This document shows, piece after piece, positions 35,321 to 47,483 of a stretch of 64,000 bases of DNA. Source of the DNA: Spirochaetia bacterium. Its GTDB lineage: Bacteria; Spirochaetota; Spirochaetia; UBA9216. The DNA lies in assembly GCA_963677925.2 (NCBI GenBank), contig CAXXYH010000003.1:148142-212141 (forward strand), in the 5' to 3' direction. The notes beneath the pieces are model-generated. The model was not told where the DNA came from. It saw only the letters and a list, made by a program, of their open reading frames with translations, and ran no database searches. Position 1 is the stretch's first letter. Every line of letters begins with the position of its first letter. The position numbers and the translations under genes are program-made.

Positions 35321-36502
35321 TTAACTGCGAAGAGCATCTATTCCGGGAAGAACCTTGCCTTCAAGGAATTCGAGTGAGGCTCCGCCGCCGGTAGATACGT
35401 GATCAATTTTATCTGCAAATCCGAATTTGTTTACAGCAGCAACTGAATCTCCGCCACCGACAACTGTGGTCCCCTTACAGTCAGCAACATACTGTGCAAC
35501 TTCAAGAGTTCCCTTTGAGAAGGCATCGAATTCAAACACACCCATTGGACCGTTCCATACAATTGACTGAGCATTAACAATACGATCCTTAACCTTGGCA
35601 AGCGTTTTAGCTCCGATGTCCATGCCAAGCATATCAGCAGGGATATCCAGGCCGTCAATATATACAGCCTCTGCTGTTTCACTGAATTCTTTCGCAGCAA
35701 CATGATCTTCAGGAAGAATAATTTCAACTTTCTTCTCAGCCGCTTTTGTAAGAAGATTTTTCGCAGTATCAAGGTAATCTTCTTCGAAAAGAGATTTTCC
35801 AATACTGTGTCCCTGTGCATAAAGAAATGTATAAGCCATTCCCCCGCCTATAATGAGACTGTCAGCTTTTTCCAGAAGAGATTCAAGTACTCCGATTTTT
35901 GAGGAAACCTTAGCTCCGCCGATTATTGCTACAAAGGGTTTTTTCGGATTTTCAAGGATATTATCAAAGAATTTACATTCTTTCTCAATCAGAAAACCTG
36001 CAACAGCCGGAAGATACTTACTGACTCCTTCAGTAGATGCATGTGCTCTGTGCGCTGCACCGAAGGCATCATTAACATAAACCTCGCCTAGTTTTGCAAT
36101 TTTTTCTGCAAAGCCCGGATCATTTTTTGTTTCTTCCTTGTAGTAACGGGTATTTTCAAGAACAAGAATCTCTCCGCCCTTGAGATCAGAAGCCATTTTT
36201 TCGACTTCAGGACCTATGACATCAGGAGCCATAATAACTGATTTACCAAGAAGTTCAGCAAGCCTGTCAGCGGCCGGTTTAAGACTGAACTCAGGATTCT
36301 TTTCACCGCCCGGCCTTCCGCAGTGACTCATCACGATAAGGCTGGCACCGGGCTGTTCAAGAATGTATTTAATAGTCGGCAATGCCGCTACAATCCTGGT
36401 ATCATCTGTGATAACACCATTTTTCAGGGGGACGTTAAAGTCCACCCTGATTAATACTCTTTTATTTTTAAGGTCAATATCTTTTACAGTTTTGAGACCC
36501 AT
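35321..36502 (-). CDS. pgk: Phosphoglycerate kinase
   Basis: Motifs [31 protein letters not shown] and STGGGA. Confidence 0.95.
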   Translation of the reverse strand: MGLKTVKDIDLKNKRVLIRVDFNVPLKNGVITDDTRIVAALPTIKYILEQPGASLIVMSHCGRPGGEKNPEFSLKPAADRLAELLGKSVIMAPDVIGPEVEKMASDLKGGEILVLENTRYYKEETKNDPGFAEKIAKLGEVYVNDAFGAAHRAHASTEGVSKYLPAVAGFLIEKECKFFDNILENPKKPFVAIIGGAKVSSKIGVLESLLEKADSLIIGGGMAYTFLYAQGHSIGKSLFEEDYLDTAKNLLTKAAEKKVEIILPEDHVAAKEFSETAEAVYIDGLDIPADMLGMDIGAKTLAKVKDRIVNAQSIVWNGPMGVFEFDAFSKGTLEVAQYVADCKGTTVVGGGDSVAAVNKFGFADKIDHVSTGGGASLEFLEGKVLPGIDALRS

Positions 36503-36520
36503 ACAAACAGCTCCTCTTGA

Positions 36521-37603
<1,083 letters not shown>

Positions 37604-39595
37604 TTACCTGATATTGTTGATTGAACTGAAAAGATCATCAGGAATGAACAATTGTGCATCTGATGTTACGGGAAGCTGCTGCTCACTGGTATTTTCATCT
37701 TCCGAGGCGGGAATTACCGGAATAACATAATCTCCGGGGTTAATCATGTCAAAAAACTGGGACACTGACACCTCACCTTCCGATACAAGTTCATCAGAAG
37801 AGCTGATTTTTATGCTTCCAAGAAGGTCTTCTGAAGCGAAAGAGAGGGAAAAATCACTTTTGTTCCTCTGTATCATTCCCTTTTTTATGATCATCAGCTC
37901 GGCACCGGAACTTATGCCGTCTCGATGACCAAGATTGATAACTACCTGATCAAATTTTCTGTTTATAATGCTTCCGTAAACTGGAAGTCTTGAGTGTATT
38001 TCCTCTACAATAGCTGATGATGCTTCATGCAGCATCTGATTTCCTGTTCTCACAGCTTCAAGTCTTTCAAGCTCTCCGCCGGTATCTGCAAGATATACCC
38101 GGCTTTGAAGAGAAACTACCCTTTCTGTTTCATAGATATCGAAAATAATAAAATAATCAGCATTATTTTCTCGTGAAAGTCTGAAACATTCTGCATAATC
38201 ACCATTGAATCCTGTTACAGTGATTTCAATATTTTCATAACCGGTAAGAAGATAATTAATGTATTCAGAAAGGATCTGTTCTCCCTGAATATGATTCATT
38301 GAATCTTCAGCGTAGAATACCGCTATTTTATTCTTCATCTTTGGTTCCGTGAACTGATTAATATTCCATTTTTCAGATAGCGTTTCATCCATTAGACTTT
38401 TCTGTATTTCTATCTCATCTTTTAAATCTATGTCATCAGTACGGATGGCTGATAATTCGGTTAATATTGATATATATCTCTCATCATAGCCAATACGTTT
38501 ATAAATCCCTGCAGACAGGAGTCTGGCCTCATAAGAATCAGGATAAATAAGCAAGGCTCTCCGGTATTCGTACTCAGCTTTATCGATCATGTTTCTTTCT
38601 TCATATTTTCTGCCGAGTTCAACATGATAGTTTGAATACTTTACACGCACATTATCATCAATCTGGGTGTTTCTGATTATTTCATTTTCAAGTGCAATTC
38701 TGGATAAATCTTCATCAGGTTTAATATTAAATGCTCTTGAATAGCATAATATTGATTTAGAAGTATCGCCTGAGTTCTCATAGGCTCTACCGAGCATATA
38801 CCATAACAATACTTCGTTATCATTTTCGGATATAATATTATTAATAACGCTGATAACTTCATTATATTTCTGCTGATCCATATATAGACGGCTCAGGAGC
38901 AGAGAAGCTTCAGTAAAATCCTTTTTTAGGAATAGAGCTGTTTTTAAGTGGAAAAGAGCTTCATCGAGGTTGCCTTCGTTGTAGTAATGTTCAGCTGCCG
39001 TATACCGGACATAGGGATTCCCGGAATAATACTGAAGAGCCTGTGTGAGGTAGTATTCAGCTTTTTCAGTATCACCGTTTCTGTCGCTTATCAGAACCAT
39101 TGATAGAAGTGCTTTCCTGCTTTCCGGAGATACTGCAATCGCTTCTTCAAAACGCTCAGCAGCTCTTGTTATACGGCCTGAGGCTATATCTATCTCAGCA
39201 AGACCAAAACCTGCATCTATATTGTTTTCCTCGATTTCCAGAATTTTATTAAACAGGATTTCAGCATTATTAAAATCACCTGTAGAAAGAAAAAGACGGG
39301 CTTTTAGATTCATAACTTCAGTGTTGTTTTTATCAAGTCTTTCTGCTTTTTCGATATATAACAAAGCCTCTTCATATTCATTCAGAAAATAATATGCTCT
39401 GGCCAGGCCTATTACCGGCTCTATATAGTTATTATTGCGCGATAGCGAGGTTTTATACAGTTCTATAGCTTTGTAATAGTTCCCTGCTGACTCCTGATAA
39501 TTACCATCGCTGTAAAGCTCTACAGCGCCCCGTGACTGAGCGTGGATCTGCATGCTGGCAATAAAGAGCAGAATAACTATTAAAAACCTTTTCAC
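37604..39595 (-). CDS. Exported TPR protein with non-TPR C-terminal domain (663 aa)
   Basis: GTG start. Signal peptide MKRFLIVILLFIASMQIHA|Q. About 9 TPR-like repeats, then a C-terminal domain of about 270 aa. Confidence 0.75.
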   Translation of the reverse strand: MKRFLIVILLFIASMQIHAQSRGAVELYSDGNYQESAGNYYKAIELYKTSLSRNNNYIEPVIGLARAYYFLNEYEEALLYIEKAERLDKNNTEVMNLKARLFLSTGDFNNAEILFNKILEIEENNIDAGFGLAEIDIASGRITRAAERFEEAIAVSPESRKALLSMVLISDRNGDTEKAEYYLTQALQYYSGNPYVRYTAAEHYYNEGNLDEALFHLKTALFLKKDFTEASLLLSRLYMDQQKYNEVISVINNIISENDNEVLLWYMLGRAYENSGDTSKSILCYSRAFNIKPDEDLSRIALENEIIRNTQIDDNVRVKYSNYHVELGRKYEERNMIDKAEYEYRRALLIYPDSYEARLLSAGIYKRIGYDERYISILTELSAIRTDDIDLKDEIEIQKSLMDETLSEKWNINQFTEPKMKNKIAVFYAEDSMNHIQGEQILSEYINYLLTGYENIEITVTGFNGDYAECFRLSRENNADYFIIFDIYETERVVSLQSRVYLADTGGELERLEAVRTGNQMLHEASSAIVEEIHSRLPVYGSIINRKFDQVVINLGHRDGISSGAELMIIKKGMIQRNKSDFSLSFASEDLLGSIKISSSDELVSEGEVSVSQFFDMINPGDYVIPVIPASEDENTSEQQLPVTSDAQLFIPDDLFSSINNIR

Positions 39596-39597
39596 TT

Positions 39598-40380
39598 TTA
39601 TTCCTTTTTTATTATCTTTATAGTACTGATCTTATGTCCGTCAACTTCCTGAATAACAAAATCAAGATTATCAACTGAAACCTTTTCATACCTGACAGGA
39701 ATTTTACCAAAAAGATCAAAAACAAATCCTCCAAGCGTATCAAACTCCTCATCAGACAATTCAGTGCCTATATGTTCATTAAGGTCCTCAAGATTAATTC
39801 TTGCATCACAAAGATATACACCTTCTCCGATCTGCATTATTTCATCATCTTCATTGTCAAATTCATCCTGAATATCACCGACTATTTCTTCTATAATGTC
39901 TTCCATGCAGACTATCCCGGACACACCGCCGTATTCATCAACACTGACAGCAATATGAACCTTGCGTCTTTTAAACTCTCTTAACAGCGAATCGAGTTTT
40001 TTACTTTCAGGTACAAAATATGGTTTACGCATTATCTGCTCGATTTTTATACCCTCAAAACTGTTTTTATCGGCTATAAAATATTTAAGCAGATCTTTTG
40101 CATAAAGAATGCCTGCAATATGATCGATGGTGTCATCGTAAACCGGTACTCTCGAATGACCGCATTCAAGAAGTGTTTGAACGGCTTCATTGATATTGAT
40201 GTCTTTTGAAATAAAAACAACATCAATTCTTGGAACCATAACCTCTTTAACAGAGGTTTCAGCAAGTTCTACAACTCCCCTTATCATATCCTTTTCAGTT
40301 GAATTAAGATGTTGAAAACTTTCTTCATCCTCATCCTGGGTGCGGCTGGTGAGCTTTTCCCAAAAACCTTTCTTTTTCAA
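39598..40380 (-). CDS. corC: CBS-pair + CorC/HlyC transporter-associated domain protein (CorC-like)
   Basis: Motifs VKEVMVPRIDV, HSRVPVY and GIVCMEDIIEEIVGDIQDEFD, with a CorC_HlyC-like C-terminus. The TTG start overlaps the ybeY stop (TTGA). Confidence 0.85.
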   Translation of the reverse strand: MKKKGFWEKLTSRTQDEDEESFQHLNSTEKDMIRGVVELAETSVKEVMVPRIDVVFISKDININEAVQTLLECGHSRVPVYDDTIDHIAGILYAKDLLKYFIADKNSFEGIKIEQIMRKPYFVPESKKLDSLLREFKRRKVHIAVSVDEYGGVSGIVCMEDIIEEIVGDIQDEFDNEDDEIMQIGEGVYLCDARINLEDLNEHIGTELSDEEFDTLGGFVFDLFGKIPVRYEKVSVDNLDFVIQEVDGHKISTIKIIKKE

Positions 40381-40844
40381 AATTTAAATTCTCCAAACTC
40401 CTGTAATATTTTTTCCTGATATAACAGCATTTCTTCGTCAGCATCATTGGTTTCATGATCCATTCCGCTAAGATGAAGAATACCATGAATAAGCAGTCTT
40501 TTAAATTCCTCCTGCTGTTCAACATTAAAATACTCTGCGTTCTTTTTCAGACTGTCAACAGACAGTACCAGATCTCCCCAGTAGACCGTTTCATCATCGT
40601 CAGGGTCAGTCACAAAATCCCAGGGCTCTTCATCTTCGGTACAGAAGCTTAATATATCAGTAGGTTCATCTTTGCTGCGGTATGTTTTATTAAGCTTTTT
40701 AATATATTCATCATCACAGATCAGCAGTGAAAATTCTTTATTATCAGCTCCTATTTGCCTGCAAACAGCCTGCATATAAGCAATTATTTTCTCCTGACTG
40801 TATTCTAAACTAATATCTTCAACTATTAAATCAATTTTATTCAT
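40377..40844 (-). CDS. ybeY: rRNA maturation endoribonuclease YbeY
   Basis: Zinc motif HGILHLSGMDHE. I prefer ATG 40844 (MNKIDLIVE), which overlaps the upstream stop by 8 nt, over the track TTG at 40877. Confidence 0.9.
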   Translation of the reverse strand: MNKIDLIVEDISLEYSQEKIIAYMQAVCRQIGADNKEFSLLICDDEYIKKLNKTYRSKDEPTDILSFCTEDEEPWDFVTDPDDDETVYWGDLVLSVDSLKKNAEYFNVEQQEEFKRLLIHGILHLSGMDHETNDADEEMLLYQEKILQEFGEFKF

Positions 40845-43062
40845 TTTCGCTCTTTTCTTTCTGATTGGGATACTCAATCCTCGTATGAAAACTACCGCCT
40901 AATATCTGAACAAATGAATTTTTAACAGTTTCGAGATCTTTAAATGTAAGGGCTGTATTTTTCATCTGACCGTGGCTCACTTTCTCCATTATGAGTTCCC
41001 ACACGAATCTTTCAAGCTTTGCCATAGTAGGGTTTTTTAGAGTACGTGTAGCAGCCTCTACAGTATCAGCCAGCATTACCACAGCAGCCTCACGGCTCAC
41101 AGGAGGAGTCCCGTTATATGCAAAATCTTCAGGTGACAGTTTTTGATCCATTTTCTGCTCTTTCAGCGCTTTCATGTAAAAATAGCTGATTTGTCCGCTG
41201 CCGTGATGCTGCGAAATTATTTCCATTACGGCATCGGGAAGACCAAGCTCCTTCGCTTTTTCAAAACCGATTTTGACATGACTTTTAATAACTGCGGTTG
41301 AGAGTGTTGCCTTCAGATCATCATGCTTGTTGCCCTCTTTCTGATTCTCGATAAAATACTCAGCCTGATCGATTTTTCCAATATCATGATAATAAGCGCC
41401 TACGCGTGCCAGAAGGGCATTGGCGCCAATCTCCTTAGCTGCAGTTTCAGCGAGATTCGCTACACTCACACTATGACTGTAGGTACCAGGTGCAAGAATA
41501 AGCATTCGCTTGAACAATGGAGTATTTAAATCCGAAAGCTCCATAAGTCTGAAAGGTGTGGGAGCGTTCAGCATATGTTCAAGTATGGGCAGCAGACCAA
41601 GAGTAAAAATACCGCACAGGAAGCCATTAACAATGGATACAAGCACAGCATTCAGATACCATGAAGCTTCCATGCTCTGCAGGAGGCCGATAATTATAAT
41701 TACTGAAGTATTCAGAAGAGATACAAATAATCCCGCTTTAACAAGGGTTATTCGATTTTCGGCACCATAAACGATTAGACTACCGAAAGCTCCTGAAAGA
41801 AATGTAAAAATAAAATTATAAATTTGATTTCCCGGCATGATTAAAATCGAAAGACTTAGAATAATTGAACTTATGATACCGACCCTCGTATTAATCATTA
41901 TTGAAATCAGCATCGTAACAAGGGCAGTAGGAACAAAAGCTGAAAATATCATTCCTTCCTGAAGATTCAGATATCTGATGACCAGTGAAGAAGTTACTGA
42001 ATACACGGCAAACAGTATGAGCATAAGAAAAAGCATATTGCGTATGGGCGTTCTTAATAAAATCGGGGGCTGTAGAAGCTTAACAGAAATAATGAACAGG
42101 AACAGAAGATATAAAAATCGACCTAAAAATACAGTTACATTTACCTTTTCAGAAAAAGAACCTAATGCCTCAACTTTAATCATATTTTCTTCGGTAATGA
42201 TAAAACCCTTCTTAACTATAACCTCGCCTTTCACCATTTTTTTTATAACAGGTTCTACCTGGTCTCTGGCTCTGGCCCTGTTTTTTTCAGTAAGTTCGGA
42301 ATCATAAAAAGAATTTTCCTCTATGGCCCTTAAAACCAGCTCAACAGAGGTTTTAGTCTGCAGTTCGGTGAAGTTGGTGTCAATTAGTATCATCTCCACA
42401 GCTTTGGGAATGGTCCTGACGGTGACGGCATCATCCTGAAAAATAATTTCTCTTTCTTTTTCTCCATCACGCCATCGCAGAACTTCAATTGAGTCAGTGC
42501 TGTTTTTAAAGTTGTCCGGAATACTTGTAATTCCGGTAACCATCAATTGCTGTAAAACACTCCTGATAGCATTCAAAAAACTGTCCGGTTCTTTAATAAG
42601 GTATAGATCGGCTACTGTCTTTTCATCAAGATATCCTGGAAGTTCCGATTGGATTTCCAGAAAAACCTCTTCCGGCAATTTCCCCTGTGAATAAAAACTC
42701 AGATATGAATTGACCATTGAATCAAAGGTAGTCATCACACGCTCAGTAATACTGTCTGAAACAGTGAAAACCGGCTCTACAAGAAGAGCTTCTGCCTGAC
42801 GTTTAAGTTCGGTAGCCTTGCTGTCTACATACTCCAAATCCCTATCGACAATAAGATCCCGTTCAGCGACCTTGCCAAGTTCATAATCGGAGAGCTTTAC
42901 TCCAGCTGTAAGTATACCGTTATTGGCTATAAGGACTACCGACAGGTAATAAATAATTATAAGAGCCAAAACTGCTAAAGCGAGTATTCTGTCTGAAAAA
43001 ATTCCTGAAAAATTTTTGAAAAAATGCTGAGATTTAACTCTGTTTTTATCCGTGTTTTTCAT
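40837..43062 (-). CDS. 7TM receptor with intracellular HD/HDIG hydrolase domain (PgpH/YqfF family)
   Basis: 741 aa. Extracellular N-terminal domain, 7 TM helices, and an HD domain HSVSVANLAE..GAYYHDIGK..SQHHG. Confidence 0.85.
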   Translation of the reverse strand: MKNTDKNRVKSQHFFKNFSGIFSDRILALAVLALIIIYYLSVVLIANNGILTAGVKLSDYELGKVAERDLIVDRDLEYVDSKATELKRQAEALLVEPVFTVSDSITERVMTTFDSMVNSYLSFYSQGKLPEEVFLEIQSELPGYLDEKTVADLYLIKEPDSFLNAIRSVLQQLMVTGITSIPDNFKNSTDSIEVLRWRDGEKEREIIFQDDAVTVRTIPKAVEMILIDTNFTELQTKTSVELVLRAIEENSFYDSELTEKNRARARDQVEPVIKKMVKGEVIVKKGFIITEENMIKVEALGSFSEKVNVTVFLGRFLYLLFLFIISVKLLQPPILLRTPIRNMLFLMLILFAVYSVTSSLVIRYLNLQEGMIFSAFVPTALVTMLISIMINTRVGIISSIILSLSILIMPGNQIYNFIFTFLSGAFGSLIVYGAENRITLVKAGLFVSLLNTSVIIIIGLLQSMEASWYLNAVLVSIVNGFLCGIFTLGLLPILEHMLNAPTPFRLMELSDLNTPLFKRMLILAPGTYSHSVSVANLAETAAKEIGANALLARVGAYYHDIGKIDQAEYFIENQKEGNKHDDLKATLSTAVIKSHVKIGFEKAKELGLPDAVMEIISQHHGSGQISYFYMKALKEQKMDQKLSPEDFAYNGTPPVSREAAVVMLADTVEAATRTLKNPTMAKLERFVWELIMEKVSHGQMKNTALTFKDLETVKNSFVQILGGSFHTRIEYPNQKEKSENE

Positions 43063-43996
43063 ACGCCTGTATTATCTGTCTGACTATTTTTTTTCTGACT
43101 ACATCTTTTGTGTCAAAATAGTTAAACGAGATACCTTCTATATCTTTTAGAATTGAAGATGCATGGATCAAACCTGATTCCATGCCTTTAGGCAGGTCCG
43201 TCTGCGTAACATCACCGGTTATAACAGCCTGAGAACCCTCTCCTATTCGAGTCAGGAACATTTTCATCTGTGTTTTCGTTGTGTTCTGAGCTTCATCAAG
43301 GATGATAAAGCTGTCGGTAAGACTTCGACCTCTCATATATGCGAGCGGAGCGATCTCTATCAGACGGTTCTCTTCCATCCTTGTTATGACTTCGTAGGGA
43401 AGAAATGAGTCCATTGCATCGTATATGGGTTTCAGATAGGGACTAAGCTTCTGAGTAAGATCACCAGGCAGAAATCCGAGACTTTCACCTGCCTCAACCA
43501 CTGGTCTGGTTATAATTATACGCCGCTTTTTTTTAGAGAGAACATCGCTTAGCGCCGAGGCTACGGCAAGATATGTTTTTCCTGTTCCTGCCGGTCCAAT
43601 ACCGAAAACAACTTCATTTTTCTCTATATTCTGTATATAAGCTGCCTGATGCGAGTTTCTGGGGAAGATTTTTTTCCCTCCCGGGACATTTATTATTTTA
43701 TTCGCAAAGAGTTCACGTTCATCTGCCGTATCATTTGTAAGCGTCTCATATACTTCAGAAACAAGACGAGGGTCTACAACACGTCCGCTTTTAATACAGT
43801 TTCTCAAAGAATCGACAAGCTGTCTGAAAGCCTCCTGTTTAGTCTGCTCATCAGAATCAAGTCTTATTTCATTTCCTTTATAACGCACTTCAGCACTAAG
43901 CAGTGCTTCTATGGCTTTTAAATTTTCATCATTGGCACCGCAAAGTTCAGTAAGAACTCCATGGTCTTCAAGGACAATTGTAAGATTGCTGTTCAA
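43046..43996 (-). CDS. phoH: PhoH-like ATPase
   Basis: Walker A GPAGTGKTYLAVA, Walker B FIILDEAQN, and TGDVTQTDLP. TTG start with SD AAGGAGAAGAC. Confidence 0.9.
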   Translation of the reverse strand: MNSNLTIVLEDHGVLTELCGANDENLKAIEALLSAEVRYKGNEIRLDSDEQTKQEAFRQLVDSLRNCIKSGRVVDPRLVSEVYETLTNDTADERELFANKIINVPGGKKIFPRNSHQAAYIQNIEKNEVVFGIGPAGTGKTYLAVASALSDVLSKKKRRIIITRPVVEAGESLGFLPGDLTQKLSPYLKPIYDAMDSFLPYEVITRMEENRLIEIAPLAYMRGRSLTDSFIILDEAQNTTKTQMKMFLTRIGEGSQAVITGDVTQTDLPKGMESGLIHASSILKDIEGISFNYFDTKDVVRKKIVRQIIQAYEKHG

Positions 43997-44045
43997 GTCT
44001 TCTCCTTATGGACAAGTGTAGCTAATCACGACGCGATGAGTCAAG

Positions 44046-47000
44046 TTAAAAACTTATTTCACCGTTATCTATGCTGATATCTGATTTGATTTCAGGAATA
44101 CCCTTCCATTTCATACTAATTGTAATCTCGGTCCCCCAATCGTACTGGTACTCACTGCCGCTTTCATCAATATACGGGGAACCGCTGTAAGTCAGATTAA
44201 GATCCCAGTCATGAAGATCATGTGTAAGAGTAATATTCATATTCTTAAGATTAAAATTCGATCTGCGACGATCCTCCACATCAAAAAAATTAAAAGATTT
44301 ATACAGATCATCGAAGAGACTAAGAGTGCTGACTCCTGTCTCCTCTGCAAGAGAAGGGAAATAACGGAAAACAGCCAGATTCTGGCTGTTGGTTGAAATA
44401 GTCAGATTCATAAACTCAAAAATATCAACTTTCAAAGCAAAAGTGAATAAAAATTGTGATTCTGTGTATTCAATCAAATTAAAATCAAGACTGCTGTCTA
44501 TATCTACAGAGAATTCCGCTCTGTTTTTCCAGAAAAGCCCGGTTGAATAACTGGTTTCGTAAGAGGCAGTAATACTTGAAGGAATGAAAGCTTCTTCATC
44601 TTCATCGATCCAGCCGCTGTCCGAATCAAAATATTCAGGATAAGTATTAGCCATTTTATATTCTGCTGTAAAATCCCATAGTTTCAATTTAGCTGAAAGA
44701 TTTACAGGTTCATCATTTTCAAAATCATAAATTAGATTAGTATATAGATTTAAATTTCCGTCAAAAAGATTAAGCTGACCAGTCGAAGTGTTTGTCTCGA
44801 AAAAAGATTCTTCATAATTATAATTAAAGCTGTTGCTTAAATAGGTATTATCAAAAAAAGTAATTTTTTCAAGAACCGTTAGCGGATCATAAACAAATTC
44901 ATCATCTTCAAGACTTAAAGCAGTGTTCAGTGTGGTTTTTGACGGACCAAAGGACATCTGAAAATCGGCACTTGAATCAAAATCAACCGGAGGAAGTGTA
45001 GTTTTTAGTGTCAGCTTATGACTGTATGCACCGATTTCAAGCGGGAAATACATCTGAAGCGTTTGTACACTGATATGCTCTGTATCCCACTGAAATGTAT
45101 CAGTTACAAACATCTCATCATCAGATTCATAACTGTAATCATAAAAAACAGTTGAAAGATTATAGCTTAAATTAGTTCCGGAAAAATAATCTTCGTCGAC
45201 TGAAGGATAATATTTTAAAGTAAAAACATCTTTGATATTTAAATTTGTTGATTCCTTGTCTTCCAGCAAATAATTATCTGCAGTATCTTCATCCAGCAGA
45301 TCCATATTATAGTGCTGATTATATTTACCGCTGAAATTTACATTATTTGTTATTTTTATTTTATCGTAAAAAAAATCACCGGTATATTTCAAACTTGAAC
45401 TAAGGCTCATACTCTGATAGCTGTACTCAACTGCGTTATCTATATCTTCAGGAGTATCCCATTCCTCATCATAATACTGACTTTTATTTGTGAAAGACGG
45501 GCTTATTGTATAACTTAGACTGTTATCCATGAATGACCCGCTGAGATTTGAATTATCAAAATCAAAATCAATATCTTTCTGCATCTCTGGAAGTCTGCTT
45601 TCAGGCTCGTCTGTAATACTGTTTTTACCATTTTCATGTTCAGAATCATTCTGCCAGGGTGATCTTAAACTGATATCCACGGTTTCATTTTCTTCATCTG
45701 ATGTTTCAGTTTCACTTACAGAACTGTTTTTAAAAGGCAGAATCGCACCTGATATACTGGCACTGACAGAAGGGAAAATGATGCTGTCGGGATAATAAAA
45801 ATTATTAACGGTATTATCTTCCCAGTCATCAGGAAAATCAGAAGAAACCCAGTTTATATATGCATCAAGGTCACTGATACTTAAAGATTTTAAATAAGGT
45901 GACAGAAATTTTAAATCAGGGCTGTAAGATGTCTGCAAGCCCCATTTATAAGAAGAAACAGTAGTTGAACTAGTTGTCTCTTCTGCGGAAGTTTCCAGTC
46001 CGACAAAATCAGCAAGATCCAGTGTTTCAGAACGTGCTGAATAATCACTCAGAATATCTTCATCAGAATAAAAAGGCAGATCAAGCTGAAGATTGAATTT
46101 TCCCAAACTTAAACTTGTAGATAGATCAAAAGCATATCTGAACGGCAGATTGGTTTTATAGAAATATGAAGAGAGCCATACAGGGGAATACACACCTTCA
46201 TCATCCTTATACAGATAAGTGCCGTTATCCGTCAGGCGCTTCCCGGCAAGGGATGTATAAACTGAAAGGTTATCAAGAACACCAAGCTCTTTAAGATCAC
46301 CATCCAGAGCCGTAAAATAGCCGTACACAGAGTAATAATCAAACAGCAGTTTTAAATAGTTATTACCGTTATTTCCGTAATCCTGAATTTTTTTTGAAAA
46401 GTCAGAAGGGTCGGGGTCATCAGTTAGAAATATACCGCTAAGTTTCTGATAACCACTTTCCTCATCACTCTGCAGAAATGAAAATGAGGTCTGATCATCA
46501 TCTTTTTTTCCAATAAGATAAGTTGTAGTCTGTAAAAAATAACCATAACTGTCTTTATACCCAAAAACTGGATTAAAGAATATTTCGTCTCCGGTTTTTA
46601 TAAGACCCGGAATATAGAGCATTGGAATACGCCCTACATACAAAACCCCGTTATATATTGCCCATTCATCGCCGCTGAGAAGCCATATCTTATCGGCTTT
46701 TATTTTATAATGCGGGTCATCTGAACTGCATGAGGTTATTTCACCCTTTTTTAGTATTACATAATTCTCAGCTGTTTTATTTATTAAATCACCCTTAAAG
46801 TAAAATTTAACGCTGGAATCTTCTATTTCTTTGTCTTCCTGTGAAACGCCTTTATCAAATAAACCTTCCCAATTCTCAACATTGAAAGTAATTGCGTTTC
46901 CTGTGAAATGTTCTGTTTTATCACTTCCTTCAAGCTGGTAGTCTATGTTGCCTACAGCACTTAGAAAATTTTCTTTAAAATTGAAAAGAATAGTATCGGC

Positions 47001-47483
47001 CTTGATTATATGGATTTCCCCGGTTTCTTCATCTTTCATCTTAAGAAAAACATCGCCGCTTATTTTCACATAATTTTCATCTACAGGTTCTATGGTGAAA
47101 TAATCAAGATTATCAGCTTTTTCAATTGTTATTATATTACCCTTACCATTTGTCTGATTATCACGGGACGGCGGAGAATTATTAACTTTATAATAAGTGT
47201 AAAGTTTTTTCCGAAGTTCATTTATGGTTCCTGAAGAATCAAGTCCCAACCTTTCACACCAGTGTTTAAGTTCATAATAATCTGCTGTAGAAATGTCATA
47301 ATAAAGCGTTCTGTCATAAAGACTGAGTGCTTCTGAACTCAAAGATTCATCTATTTCGGTAATTTCTGTTTCGGGTTCTGGTGCAGGAATACCATCATCA
47401 GATGATGCTTCCTGACTGTAAACCTGCCAGCCTGATAAGAGAATAAAAAAGAATACTGAAAAAACTAACTTTCTGATATTCAG
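44046..47483 (-). CDS. LptD/OstA-like outer-membrane protein (TP0515-like position after uvrA); 5' end extended to a CTG start
   Basis: OstA-N-like strand repeats, and the LptD hallmark [37 protein letters not shown]. The track start TTG 47342 leaves no signal peptide. The upstream in-frame sequence encodes [22 protein letters not shown]|QE (see findings). The minimal CDS is 44046-47342. Confidence 0.65.
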   Translation of the reverse strand: MNIRKLVFSVFFFILLSGWQVYSQEASSDDGIPAPEPETEITEIDESLSSEALSLYDRTLYYDISTADYYELKHWCERLGLDSSGTINELRKKLYTYYKVNNSPPSRDNQTNGKGNIITIEKADNLDYFTIEPVDENYVKISGDVFLKMKDEETGEIHIIKADTILFNFKENFLSAVGNIDYQLEGSDKTEHFTGNAITFNVENWEGLFDKGVSQEDKEIEDSSVKFYFKGDLINKTAENYVILKKGEITSCSSDDPHYKIKADKIWLLSGDEWAIYNGVLYVGRIPMLYIPGLIKTGDEIFFNPVFGYKDSYGYFLQTTTYLIGKKDDDQTSFSFLQSDEESGYQKLSGIFLTDDPDPSDFSKKIQDYGNNGNNYLKLLFDYYSVYGYFTALDGDLKELGVLDNLSVYTSLAGKRLTDNGTYLYKDDEGVYSPVWLSSYFYKTNLPFRYAFDLSTSLSLGKFNLQLDLPFYSDEDILSDYSARSETLDLADFVGLETSAEETTSSTTVSSYKWGLQTSYSPDLKFLSPYLKSLSISDLDAYINWVSSDFPDDWEDNTVNNFYYPDSIIFPSVSASISGAILPFKNSSVSETETSDEENETVDISLRSPWQNDSEHENGKNSITDEPESRLPEMQKDIDFDFDNSNLSGSFMDNSLSYTISPSFTNKSQYYDEEWDTPEDIDNAVEYSYQSMSLSSSLKYTGDFFYDKIKITNNVNFSGKYNQHYNMDLLDEDTADNYLLEDKESTNLNIKDVFTLKYYPSVDEDYFSGTNLSYNLSTVFYDYSYESDDEMFVTDTFQWDTEHISVQTLQMYFPLEIGAYSHKLTLKTTLPPVDFDSSADFQMSFGPSKTTLNTALSLEDDEFVYDPLTVLEKITFFDNTYLSNSFNYNYEESFFETNTSTGQLNLFDGNLNLYTNLIYDFENDEPVNLSAKLKLWDFTAEYKMANTYPEYFDSDSGWIDEDEEAFIPSSITASYETSYSTGLFWKNRAEFSVDIDSSLDFNLIEYTESQFLFTFALKVDIFEFMNLTISTNSQNLAVFRYFPSLAEETGVSTLSLFDDLYKSFNFFDVEDRRRSNFNLKNMNITLTHDLHDWDLNLTYSGSPYIDESGSEYQYDWGTEITISMKWKGIPEIKSDISIDNGEISF

